Made by a program: the position numbers and the translations under genes. Shown here one piece after another: positions 7,939 through 15,170 of a DNA stretch of 22,554 nt (its first letter is position 1; each line of letters opens with the position of its first letter). The notes under the pieces are model-generated. The model saw only the letters and a program-made list of their open reading frames with translations. It had not been told where the DNA came from and ran no database searches. Source of the stretch: a virus. Lineage: Duplodnaviria; Heunggongvirae; Uroviricota; Caudoviricetes. The DNA lies in IMG/VR virus record IMGVR_UViG_3300023210_000016; one strand, written 5' to 3'.

Positions 7939-8337
7939 TCAATCCCATAAGTTCCGGTAGTACTTAGCGAACAAATCCAATCCTTCTTGAAGACGTTCGT
8001 TGTATACGTCATAGTCTGCACTGGACGGTAATGGTGCAGTATCGTCTTCTATGGTTTGTTGAAAACTCCAAATCATTTTAGCCAATGCCTGATCCCACAG
8101 TTCTGCCCCTATGTCATTGTCGTCATCTAATTCCATGAACTCGAAATGATACTGTTCATACCTATCAAAATGATCCATAAACACAGAAGGGTAACCGTTG
8201 CTCGTTGATCGTAATAACTCCAAACATGGTACTATGATTCGAGCGAACGTATCGTCAAAACTCCAGACATCCCATCGGTCAATTTGAATGAGATTTTTTC
8301 CATTCTTGCGTCCCGGCGCACTAAGGTGTATTTTCAT
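7939..8337 (-). CDS. Conserved phage hypothetical protein (D.WS.D.T.A.II ... LF.KYY..LWD family)
   Basis: Recognisable pattern DVWSFDDTFARII, KMIWSF, EGLDLFAKYYRNLWD. Confidence 0.7.
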   Translation of the reverse strand: MKIHLSAPGRKNGKNLIQIDRWDVWSFDDTFARIIVPCLELLRSTSNGYPSVFMDHFDRYEQYHFEFMELDDDNDIGAELWDQALAKMIWSFQQTIEDDTAPLPSSADYDVYNERLQEGLDLFAKYYRNLWD

Positions 8338-8932
8338 CAGTGATTATACCGTATATCTCTTCCCACTTGGTCACAACAGTCGCTGGGCCATTGTATTCGA
8401 TACTATGCCCATGTTCCATCAGAAGGCTTCTAAGGCCCATCTCGTGCCCTAGATCGGCATTCTCAACCTTGTCCTCGATCCACCATAAACCAGAATCCCT
8501 GTATTCTTCAAGCGCAGAGGTTTTCTCCGCTGCAGTATCGAGATACTTGAACTTAGTGAATGCGGTGTCACCAAACAATTTCTTCAAGTTGATTTCACGA
8601 AGGGCTTGGGCATTTGGGTCTTTGCTCAATGATGTAATCACATGAAAGACATAGCCCTGTTCCTCATGCAGTTTCTTGACATATTGGATGCTATCCCTCA
8701 ATGATGGAAGGAAACCAATAGCTGCTGATTCATTGAATACGGTGACAAGCTGTCGAATCGCCAAATCCGGCAAATTAAACCGCATAGCCATGCTGTAATG
8801 ATAATGGGCATCTTCAATCTCTTCATACCCATGATCAACCATCCAGATAGCGAAAGCGAACTCCCAATTACACATCACCCCATCACAATCGGATAAAATA
8901 ATTTTATCGGTGCTTTTGTATTTTTTGTTCAT
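8321..8932 (-). CDS. HAD-superfamily phosphatase / 5'(3')-deoxyribonucleotidase-like (T4 gp30.2-like)
   Basis: Motif I ILSDCDGV and motif IV WIEDKVEN. Confidence 0.8.
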   Translation of the reverse strand: MNKKYKSTDKIILSDCDGVMCNWEFAFAIWMVDHGYEEIEDAHYHYSMAMRFNLPDLAIRQLVTVFNESAAIGFLPSLRDSIQYVKKLHEEQGYVFHVITSLSKDPNAQALREINLKKLFGDTAFTKFKYLDTAAEKTSALEEYRDSGLWWIEDKVENADLGHEMGLRSLLMEHGHSIEYNGPATVVTKWEEIYGIITDENTP

Positions 8933-8938
8933 TTAGGT

Positions 8939-8967
8939 ATGATACACCTAATTTAGATCAATGTCAA
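8939..8967 (-). promoter_or_regulatory. Sigma70-type promoter TTGACA-N17-TATCAT (probably leaderless mRNA)
   Basis: -35 at 8967-8962, -10 at 8944-8939; ATG 7 nt downstream of the -10 box, no SD. Confidence 0.75.
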
Positions 8968-8974
8968 CTATTAT

Positions 8975-9041
8975 CATAAATACAATGTAGGTCACGAACG
9001 CGAATTCCACCTACTCTAACGTCTTGGAGGACATCAGCATG
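8975..9041 (+). promoter_or_regulatory. Conserved structured leader copy A (late box, stem-loop, SD)
   Basis: CATAAATA, GTAGGT/ACCTAC stem, GGAGG; near-identical to the reverse complement of 20087-20157. Confidence 0.8.
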
Positions 9042-9638
9042 CAATCTATTTATATACCATACACCTATCTTATTGGATGGTCATCATTGAAGGTATTTTA
9101 CTATGGAGTAAGATATGCGAAAAATTGCAATCCTTCCGATCTATGGGTAACCTATTTCACATCATCTAAATATGTTGCCGCTTTTCGTGAAATTCACGGC
9201 GAACCTGATATAATACAGATACGAAAACAATTTCCCGACAACAAAGCACGAGCGATATTATGGGAAGATAATGTAATTATGAAACTCCGATTACATAGGC
9301 GTTTCGATTTTCTTAACAAAAACCGCTCAAGGGGATTTGATTTAGATTACGCCACCATTTGCAAGAATAATAGAGCACCAGATCGATGCAAAGCGGTATC
9401 AAATGGGTTAACCGGATTGCCAAAAACAGCAGAACATAAATTAGCGTTATCTAAAGTAGTCCACCCAAGGGGATGGACCCACCGAGAAAATACCAAGAAT
9501 CTAATGTCCACCAAAGCACTCGCGTATAATCCGGGGTTCACATGTCAACATACATGCCCGTTATGTAGTAAACAAGGACAAAAGGCCAACATTGTACGAC
9601 ATCATGGATTACATGGTGAAAAATGCCGATGGTATTAG
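9039..9638 (+). CDS. Free-standing homing endonuclease (divergent GIY-YIG, Seg/Mob-like; NUMOD3-like segment and C-terminal Zn finger)
   Basis: YTYLIGW...YYGVRY...YFTSS pattern, KTAEHKLALSK, CPLC...H...C; ATG 9039 after GGAGG. Confidence 0.75.
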   Translation: MQSIYIPYTYLIGWSSLKVFYYGVRYAKNCNPSDLWVTYFTSSKYVAAFREIHGEPDIIQIRKQFPDNKARAILWEDNVIMKLRLHRRFDFLNKNRSRGFDLDYATICKNNRAPDRCKAVSNGLTGLPKTAEHKLALSKVVHPRGWTHRENTKNLMSTKALAYNPGFTCQHTCPLCSKQGQKANIVRHHGLHGEKCRWY

Positions 9639-9648
9639 TTTGTCGTCT

Positions 9649-10530
9649 TTATGATACTTCAACTTGTGCTTCTTTCTGTTTGGCTTTCTTCGGGTTCAGT
9701 ATCTTAACGTAACTGACTACCGTCTCTGGCGCTTGAACCTCACGACTAGTGGTATGTTTCTTTACCTTTGCCGTGATATCGAGTTCTTCGCCCACTGGAA
9801 AGGCGTCCAGATGTTTGTTGGAGAAGAAAAAGATCAAGTTGCTTTCGGCATCCGTGCCAGATACAACGCTGCAATTGTAGCGATGACTGGTGTATTTGCC
9901 AATGGTGGTGAACTTCATGGAAATTTTATCACCGGGCAGACCAACATGTTTGCTGAATTTAGCAGCACTGGCGCGTTTCAGGTCTTGGTCCAATCGTGTT
10001 TGTCCACGATGATAGAACGTGGCCAAGCTGGCGACCAATCCCAAATCTTTGAAGTCAACTTCATTGGACTTAGTGATTTCCAAGCAGGATTTCTCATAAT
10101 CACTGATGGCACCACTCAATGCTTTGAACAGCATGGTAGAAGTGTATGATATGATGTCTGCGGCCAGCGCCCGATCTTCATCGGTGATTTCTAGCGTAGG
10201 GACACGGGCCAAGAAATACATGTTAGGGAACATTCCGGCGATTTGGTAATCGACCTTCGCTTCCGCATTTCCTTCTTTCGCCATGTATTTCTTGTAGGCT
10301 TTGGTTTCGCCCTCGATTGAGGTATCATACAGGCCAGCGGCCTTGTAGATCAAGGTACGGTTAGATACCTGTGGTTTCTCAGGCTTCATCAATTCACGTT
10401 CTTTCGTGGTGCTAACAAAGCCACCATTCAAGCGATACGCACAAGCTGCCAATTCAATAGCTTGCTCTGTTGGCATTTTCCAACCGGTTGTTTGCTCTTT
10501 GTAATTACGAATCGCTAGCATGATTTCCAT
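9649..10530 (-). CDS. Hypothetical protein with probable C-terminal OB-fold
   Basis: HVGLPGDKI...NLIFFF...ITAKVKKH beta-rich C-terminus; has its own promoter. Confidence 0.6.
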   Translation of the reverse strand: MEIMLAIRNYKEQTTGWKMPTEQAIELAACAYRLNGGFVSTTKERELMKPEKPQVSNRTLIYKAAGLYDTSIEGETKAYKKYMAKEGNAEAKVDYQIAGMFPNMYFLARVPTLEITDEDRALAADIISYTSTMLFKALSGAISDYEKSCLEITKSNEVDFKDLGLVASLATFYHRGQTRLDQDLKRASAAKFSKHVGLPGDKISMKFTTIGKYTSHRYNCSVVSGTDAESNLIFFFSNKHLDAFPVGEELDITAKVKKHTTSREVQAPETVVSYVKILNPKKAKQKEAQVEVS

Positions 10531-10554
10531 CCATTTCTTTGTTGATCTTTGTAT

Positions 10555-10582
10555 AGTATACCAGAAATCTACTAGCTGTCAA
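10555..10582 (-). promoter_or_regulatory. Sigma70-type promoter TTGACA-N16-TATACT with extended -10 (TGn)
   Basis: -35 at 10582-10577, -10 at 10560-10555. Confidence 0.7.
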
Positions 10583-10860
10583 CTAGTTTCTGCTTGAAAT
10601 TGCGCTTTAAGTTCAGGATAGTTTTCCATGAAGTAATTTACGACCACTTCATAGTCACCGTCGCCCAAGCGGTTCTTGATAACCTTCTTGTTTTTTAGGT
10701 CGAGAACAATGCTGGACGTTGCCAATGCATTCATTTTTACGTTCTTCATCAATTTGATATCTTCATCAAGTTGAATGTTATCGGGGTTCAACCAGAAATC
10801 TTTTTCTGAAGTGCTCTTCTTGTTGCGCGGGATCGCCGCGTGTGTTGCTACTAAAAACAT
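10579..10860 (-). CDS. Hypothetical protein
   Basis: 93-aa ORF with SD AAGGA. Confidence 0.7.
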   Translation of the reverse strand: MFLVATHAAIPRNKKSTSEKDFWLNPDNIQLDEDIKLMKNVKMNALATSSIVLDLKNKKVIKNRLGDGDYEVVVNYFMENYPELKAQFQAETS

Positions 10861-10870
10861 GTGTTTTCCT

Positions 10871-11332
10871 TTATTCGATTGTTACTTCAATGCCATCCTT
10901 GGCTAATTCCAAAGCATCATTGTATTCTGCTAATTGGCGTTCCATGGTATCATTGGCCTCTTCGAGTTCTTCCTCAAGCATAGTGACTCGTTCGTCTTTC
11001 TCATTGATTTCCGCGACCGCTTGCGAGAGTGCATCAATCAATTTTTCTTGTTCTTGCCAATCTTCGTCCTGTCCATCAATCTTATTTCTCAACTCTTCGA
11101 TCAGATTGTTCTTTTTCTCTAGTTCATTCTCAGAATCATTGAGATCATTTTCAAGGTCAGTGATTCGATTAGCTCTCATGTTGGCCTTGGCTCTCCACTT
11201 CTTCATAATGCTAGCAAGCTCTGTTACGTAGTCACGAGTCAAAGTTACAAACTCGCCTGACTCTGTGTCATTTGTTACTGCATTTGCCATACTCAATACT
11301 TCTTTATCCCGTTCGGGGCTGTGTTCAACCAC
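10871..11332 (-). CDS. Acidic coiled-coil protein
   Basis: Heptad-rich E/L/N sequence over ~100 aa. Confidence 0.7.
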   Translation of the reverse strand: MVEHSPERDKEVLSMANAVTNDTESGEFVTLTRDYVTELASIMKKWRAKANMRANRITDLENDLNDSENELEKKNNLIEELRNKIDGQDEDWQEQEKLIDALSQAVAEINEKDERVTMLEEELEEANDTMERQLAEYNDALELAKDGIEVTIE

Positions 11333-11723
11333 GCTCTGTCTCCAATTCCAACTCTGCTACCAGTTTGAGGTAATACTCATGTTCCATGTATATCATGTCA
11401 CCATCTAATTGTACCGGATACAAATCGACGTATCTGTATTTTGCTTGATTTGTGATTTTCCGTCTGACGGTTTTGCTCCAAATGGGCCATATGACCCACG
11501 CATCATGATACACGAAATATGGCTCACAATCTTCACGGCCCTCATAAAATTGTTGAGGCACCATTTCAATGTTGACATCAACATCTTTAATGTTATGAAG
11601 GTGCACGTAGGTATCACGGGTCTTGCCAGTGAACTCTCGATGCCATTTGATATCGAACGACTCATGCTGGTGTACTGTGCGGTCAGTATAGGGGTATGTT
11701 TCAAGTTTAAGAAGCATCTTCAC
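11325..11723 (-). CDS. Hypothetical protein
   Basis: 132-aa ORF overlapping both neighbours in the operon. Confidence 0.6.
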   Translation of the reverse strand: MKMLLKLETYPYTDRTVHQHESFDIKWHREFTGKTRDTYVHLHNIKDVDVNIEMVPQQFYEGREDCEPYFVYHDAWVIWPIWSKTVRRKITNQAKYRYVDLYPVQLDGDMIYMEHEYYLKLVAELELETERG

Positions 11724-12645
11724 TCACCTTTATTTTGCATAAGTCGATAATGGTTACACTCAAATTGATCTCTGGATACGGCTGTGTCGGAACCTTGGAA
11801 ATAGAATTCCGGATGATACGTTCTGCATCATTTTGCCCTTGTTCAGTTGAACTCCATAGTTCCAAGTTGTCATACAACCACGCAAACATTTCATGAACAT
11901 CTTCGTTCCGGAGTTGCTTACATATCAGCTTACGTGCTTCGGTGTGTTTGCCATTTCTGAACATTTCCACCGCGTGTAATCTATAGTCCAAGTTCTGTTC
12001 TTCTGATTCACTTGGCACAATTAAAGTACCAGTTAATGAATTCTGATCCAACATATTGATACACTTGCGAAGATCGGGATATGCCGCTTTAACGTACGTG
12101 TCCAGCGTGGGCAAATCAAATGTTATCTCTTCTTCTACCAACACCGTCGCAGCACGAGCAGTGAACTCGGTTTTGTCCATCTTATCGATGTGCCAACCCT
12201 GCAATCGGGAACCTAATGGTTCAATGATCTTGTGGGCATAATTGCAAGTGAAGATGAAACGTGTCGTATCTTCGTACGTCTCCATAAGTTCACGTAATCC
12301 GCCCTGCGCATTAGGGGATAGATAATCTGCTTCATCCAGAAAGACAACTTTGAATTCACCTAAAGGCATGGTTGATACAAAGTTTGTAATCTTGGTATTG
12401 ATCATATCAATACCGTTTTCACGGGACGCTGGAATGAACAATGTATCGAAACGATTGACATCAAATAGCTTGATCAACAATTTCGCCATACTTGTTTTAC
12501 CAGTTCCAGCAGCACCACTGAACATTACGTGAGGGAAACTGCCATTCTTTAGCCATCCCTCGACGTACTCGCGGTGAACTGGTTCACTGAATACAAATTC
12601 GTCCAATGTTGATGGACGATGTGTAGATACCCACGATCTTTTCAT
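11707..12645 (-). CDS. 44: Sliding-clamp loader AAA+ subunit (T4 gp44 / RFC small subunit-like)
   Basis: W..HRPSTLDEFV, GAAGTGKT, LDEAD, FIFTCN, SRL (SRC), PDLRKCIN.L. Confidence 0.9.
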   Translation of the reverse strand: MKRSWVSTHRPSTLDEFVFSEPVHREYVEGWLKNGSFPHVMFSGAAGTGKTSMAKLLIKLFDVNRFDTLFIPASRENGIDMINTKITNFVSTMPLGEFKVVFLDEADYLSPNAQGGLRELMETYEDTTRFIFTCNYAHKIIEPLGSRLQGWHIDKMDKTEFTARAATVLVEEEITFDLPTLDTYVKAAYPDLRKCINMLDQNSLTGTLIVPSESEEQNLDYRLHAVEMFRNGKHTEARKLICKQLRNEDVHEMFAWLYDNLELWSSTEQGQNDAERIIRNSISKVPTQPYPEINLSVTIIDLCKIKVSEDAS

Positions 12646-12839
12646 TCTTTGTCTTTGCGTATTGTACTCTTCCAGTTTTTCAATGATGGAACAAGTAGGT
12701 GATTGATGTCATGAGTTTCTATAGTAACAGAATATCCATGTGATTGCAAGTACCAATCTGGTGCGGTGCCATAACCGACCTCACGATCCCAAGAACGTTG
12801 GGTGCCTTTGCCCTCGCGCTTGACTACGTGTTTAGGCAT
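12642..12839 (-). CDS. Small hypothetical protein
   Basis: 65-aa ORF filling the operon gap with ATGA coupling downstream. Confidence 0.5.
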   Translation of the reverse strand: MPKHVVKREGKGTQRSWDREVGYGTAPDWYLQSHGYSVTIETHDINHLLVPSLKNWKSTIRKDKE

Positions 12840-13122
12840 CTGTTAATTCCTTGATCCGTTTATAGGCTTCTTGGAGTTGTTCTTGAAGTTCACGAACGTT
12901 ATTCTTTAGTATAGAGATGTGTTGAGCGTCTGTCAAGGGGTCAACGCGCTTGAACTGTTTAAGTTGCTCGTCCGTGAGGATAGGATTGTCAGGATCATCG
13001 GCGGCAGCAGCTTCAATTTCTTCGTCGGTCCTGTTCATCAATTCTTCCAATCGTTCGTCTGATATCATAAATCCTGATGATCCGTCCATTCGCTTATCCT
13101 TTAATCTGCTACGCCAATCCAA
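12832..13122 (-). CDS. Small protein with antitoxin-like (BrnA / HTH-XRE N-terminal) segment and C-terminal coiled coil
   Basis: TDEEIEAAAADDPDNPILTDEQLKQFKRV followed by NNVRELQEQLQEAYKRIKEL. Confidence 0.55.
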   Translation of the reverse strand: MDWRSRLKDKRMDGSSGFMISDERLEELMNRTDEEIEAAAADDPDNPILTDEQLKQFKRVDPLTDAQHISILKNNVRELQEQLQEAYKRIKELTDA

Positions 13123-13499
13123 TTGTTGACAGGTTTATCCGCGCCATCCCAAGTGCCCATGACACCATCTGGATCAACACGATTGATAATGACTTCCCCA
13201 TCAGGGTCTTCAATAGTTACAGATCGAGACCACCGACCATGTTCGATCAGTACCCACTGGCCGACATCATAGTCATCGACATTTTCCGCAACAGCATATA
13301 CTTGTGCCCAACGTGGGCGAATGGCTGCACCATCGAATTTGTCTGCCATGATAATCAAGCCAGCTTTCGACCGGCGCTCTTCTGCAAATGATTCATGGAT
13401 ACCTTTCACGAGAATAACATCTCGCAATGGTTTCAATGAGTCTACCTTAACTGTGCCGGAAATACCGGCCTTCGCCATTAAGTCTCTACCTGTAGCCAT
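13101..13499 (-). CDS. groES: GroES/Cpn10-like co-chaperonin
   Basis: LKPLRDVILVK, SKAGLII mobile loop, AQVYAV, VGQWVL. Confidence 0.8.
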   Translation of the reverse strand: MATGRDLMAKAGISGTVKVDSLKPLRDVILVKGIHESFAEERRSKAGLIIMADKFDGAAIRPRWAQVYAVAENVDDYDVGQWVLIEHGRWSRSVTIEDPDGEVIINRVDPDGVMGTWDGADKPVNNWIGVAD

Positions 13500-13850
13500 T
13501 TAGTCTTCCTCTGCTATTTTCTTGGCAAGATCGCCATCTGATAATGTTTCACCCATTTCAAAATCTGGATCATCCAGATCAATCTCTTCACGAACAGTCG
13601 GGACGATCTCTGCTTGTGAGATATCAGCCTCTGCCTTCTGTGGAATGTGTCCATCTGTTGGTACATTCTGGTGAATTTGTGAGTAATGCTCTTTCATGAT
13701 TTCATTACGTGTCTTCACGATTTCACCATTCGGGCCGAGTTTATCACCACGAGCATTCACACCCATGTTACCCACCGCAATGGTTTCTTCGTTTTGTAGA
13801 CGAAGTTTTTCGATATCGATCATTCGTCCTTGTGCTGTTCTATGTGCCAT
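13500..13850 (-). CDS. Conserved-looking hypothetical large-phage protein
   Basis: RTAQGRMIDIEKL...AVGNMGVNARGDKLGPNG pattern; SD AAGGA. Confidence 0.75.
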   Translation of the reverse strand: MAHRTAQGRMIDIEKLRLQNEETIAVGNMGVNARGDKLGPNGEIVKTRNEIMKEHYSQIHQNVPTDGHIPQKAEADISQAEIVPTVREEIDLDDPDFEMGETLSDGDLAKKIAEED

Positions 13851-14565
13851 TTGTTTTCCTTTGTTTTGCGTTTTGTGATTTTGTCTTTCTTATTTGTCGT
13901 TTTTGTTCTTCGGTATAGGTCTTGCCCCGCATAGGGGAAGGTACTCCATACATCGGATTCTTATCTCCAAGTTTACTAGCACTTATTTGTTGTTTAGTGT
14001 GATCTGATAATACTTTTCCCGTGTTGCCTTTGCTTATTTTATTTTTGTGCTCGGTTGATAATGTTTTGCCCGTATGTGCCGCCGACATTTTCGATCTGGT
14101 TTCATTTGAAGCTTGGTACCCTCGTAAGCTATTGGCTCGCTTTTCTATTACTTCTTTAGTATGTAAATGACTAGTATCCCGCATATGACCCTTATTTGCT
14201 TCTGAAATCTTATGTTTGTGTTCTGTGGTGAGAGTAAATCCGCTACGAGAAACTTTGCCACCATTCGCCTTGCTTATTTTATTTCGGGTTTCATGCGTTA
14301 CTATTCTTCCAGAATTACCTTCTCCACCATCTGTTAAATTCCTCAATATGCCGGTACCTTGATCCTTTCTGCCGTGTTGTTCAATCAATGTCTTTTCCAG
14401 TCTAAAAGATTCTTCTTCGGTTAATCCATCTTCCACAATTATAATTCTAGTCTCGTCTATAGGTTTATGTACGGTTCTTGATGCAGACCATGCTCTGTTT
14501 CCTTTTCCTTTGCCTATATAATATGGCGTTCCATCCTCTCTGACATACTGATATACATAATACAA
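13840..14565 (-). CDS. GIY-YIG homing endonuclease with NUMOD3 repeats
   Basis: YYVYQY...PYYIGKG...R, E.LI, N.TDGGEG; several (S/T)xEH/TK.KIS.A.KG repeats; TTG start after AAGGAG. Confidence 0.85.
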   Translation of the reverse strand: MYYVYQYVREDGTPYYIGKGKGNRAWSASRTVHKPIDETRIIIVEDGLTEEESFRLEKTLIEQHGRKDQGTGILRNLTDGGEGNSGRIVTHETRNKISKANGGKVSRSGFTLTTEHKHKISEANKGHMRDTSHLHTKEVIEKRANSLRGYQASNETRSKMSAAHTGKTLSTEHKNKISKGNTGKVLSDHTKQQISASKLGDKNPMYGVPSPMRGKTYTEEQKRQIRKTKSQNAKQRKTNGT

Positions 14566-14595
14566 TGCTATTCTCCTTAATACATTGTATTTATA
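14559..14595 (-). promoter_or_regulatory. Late promoter TATAAATA plus a hairpin occluding the RBS and start codon
   Basis: TATAAATA at 14595-14588; AATACAATG/CATTGTATT 9-bp stem plus TATT/AATA, with AAGGAG in the loop. Confidence 0.8.
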
Positions 14596-14605
14596 TTCTG
14601 TACCT

Positions 14606-15133
14606 CTATCTCAAAAATTCTTTGATATCCAATCCATAAAAAAGCGAATCGATTCGATGCACGTTCATCAAATACAATACATATGATGCAACCGAACTGC
14701 CACGACCTACGCCCATGACCAGATTGCTGTCTTGTACTGTATCTACAAAGTATTTAAGGAATTGCAACAACGGAAACATATTTCTGTCTTGAAACAACAT
14801 CAACTCTTCGCCAACACGCTGTAACTCGGCATCGGTTTTACATAAGCCGATCACGTATTCAGCAATATCAAGGTCTTTGTATTCCTGTGGCATATACCAG
14901 TTGGATTGGTTGTCTGAGTCAAATGCTTCAACTGTTGCATCATCGTAGTCTTCGGTTGATTTGAGCAACAAGTGGCCATAATCGGAGTACAGTCGATTAA
15001 CTGAGTCGTTAAACAACCGAACCTCGTTCTCATCACTAATGCTCACCTCGTCCAAGAGAATGTCATTCTGATATAAACCAGACATAACGTCTTGAGTGGT
15101 GTAGTGAACTTTTCCTAGCTTGTCAAATTCCAT
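14606..15133 (-). CDS. Stand-alone DNA polymerase III alpha (DnaE)-like fragment
   Basis: RV.EEL...LL.FL...VD....GVGRGSSVASYVLYL..V.RID.L.Y.L...FL matches the DnaE GRGS region; ends before the PDID catalytic motif. Confidence 0.75.
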   Translation of the reverse strand: MEFDKLGKVHYTTQDVMSGLYQNDILLDEVSISDENEVRLFNDSVNRLYSDYGHLLLKSTEDYDDATVEAFDSDNQSNWYMPQEYKDLDIAEYVIGLCKTDAELQRVGEELMLFQDRNMFPLLQFLKYFVDTVQDSNLVMGVGRGSSVASYVLYLMNVHRIDSLFYGLDIKEFLR

Positions 15134-15141
15134 TACTAAAT

Positions 15142-15170
15142 ATTATAGTACACTATATAAGGAAATGCAA
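15142..15170 (-). promoter_or_regulatory. Sigma70-type promoter TTGCAT-N17-TATAAT (near-leaderless) containing palindrome TATAGT-AC-ACTATA
   Basis: -35 at 15170-15165, -10 at 15147-15142, ATG at 15133. Confidence 0.65.

Noticed and set aside
8987-9014. Kink-turn in the conserved leader
   Set aside because: There is a 3-nt bulge followed by GA, but no opposing tandem G-A pairs
13840-15133. Group I intron splitting a dnaE gene, with the GIY-YIG gene as its intron ORF
   Set aside because: The gene after the endonuclease is not the rest of DnaE, there is almost no non-coding space for an intron core, and the nuclease has its own promoter and RBS
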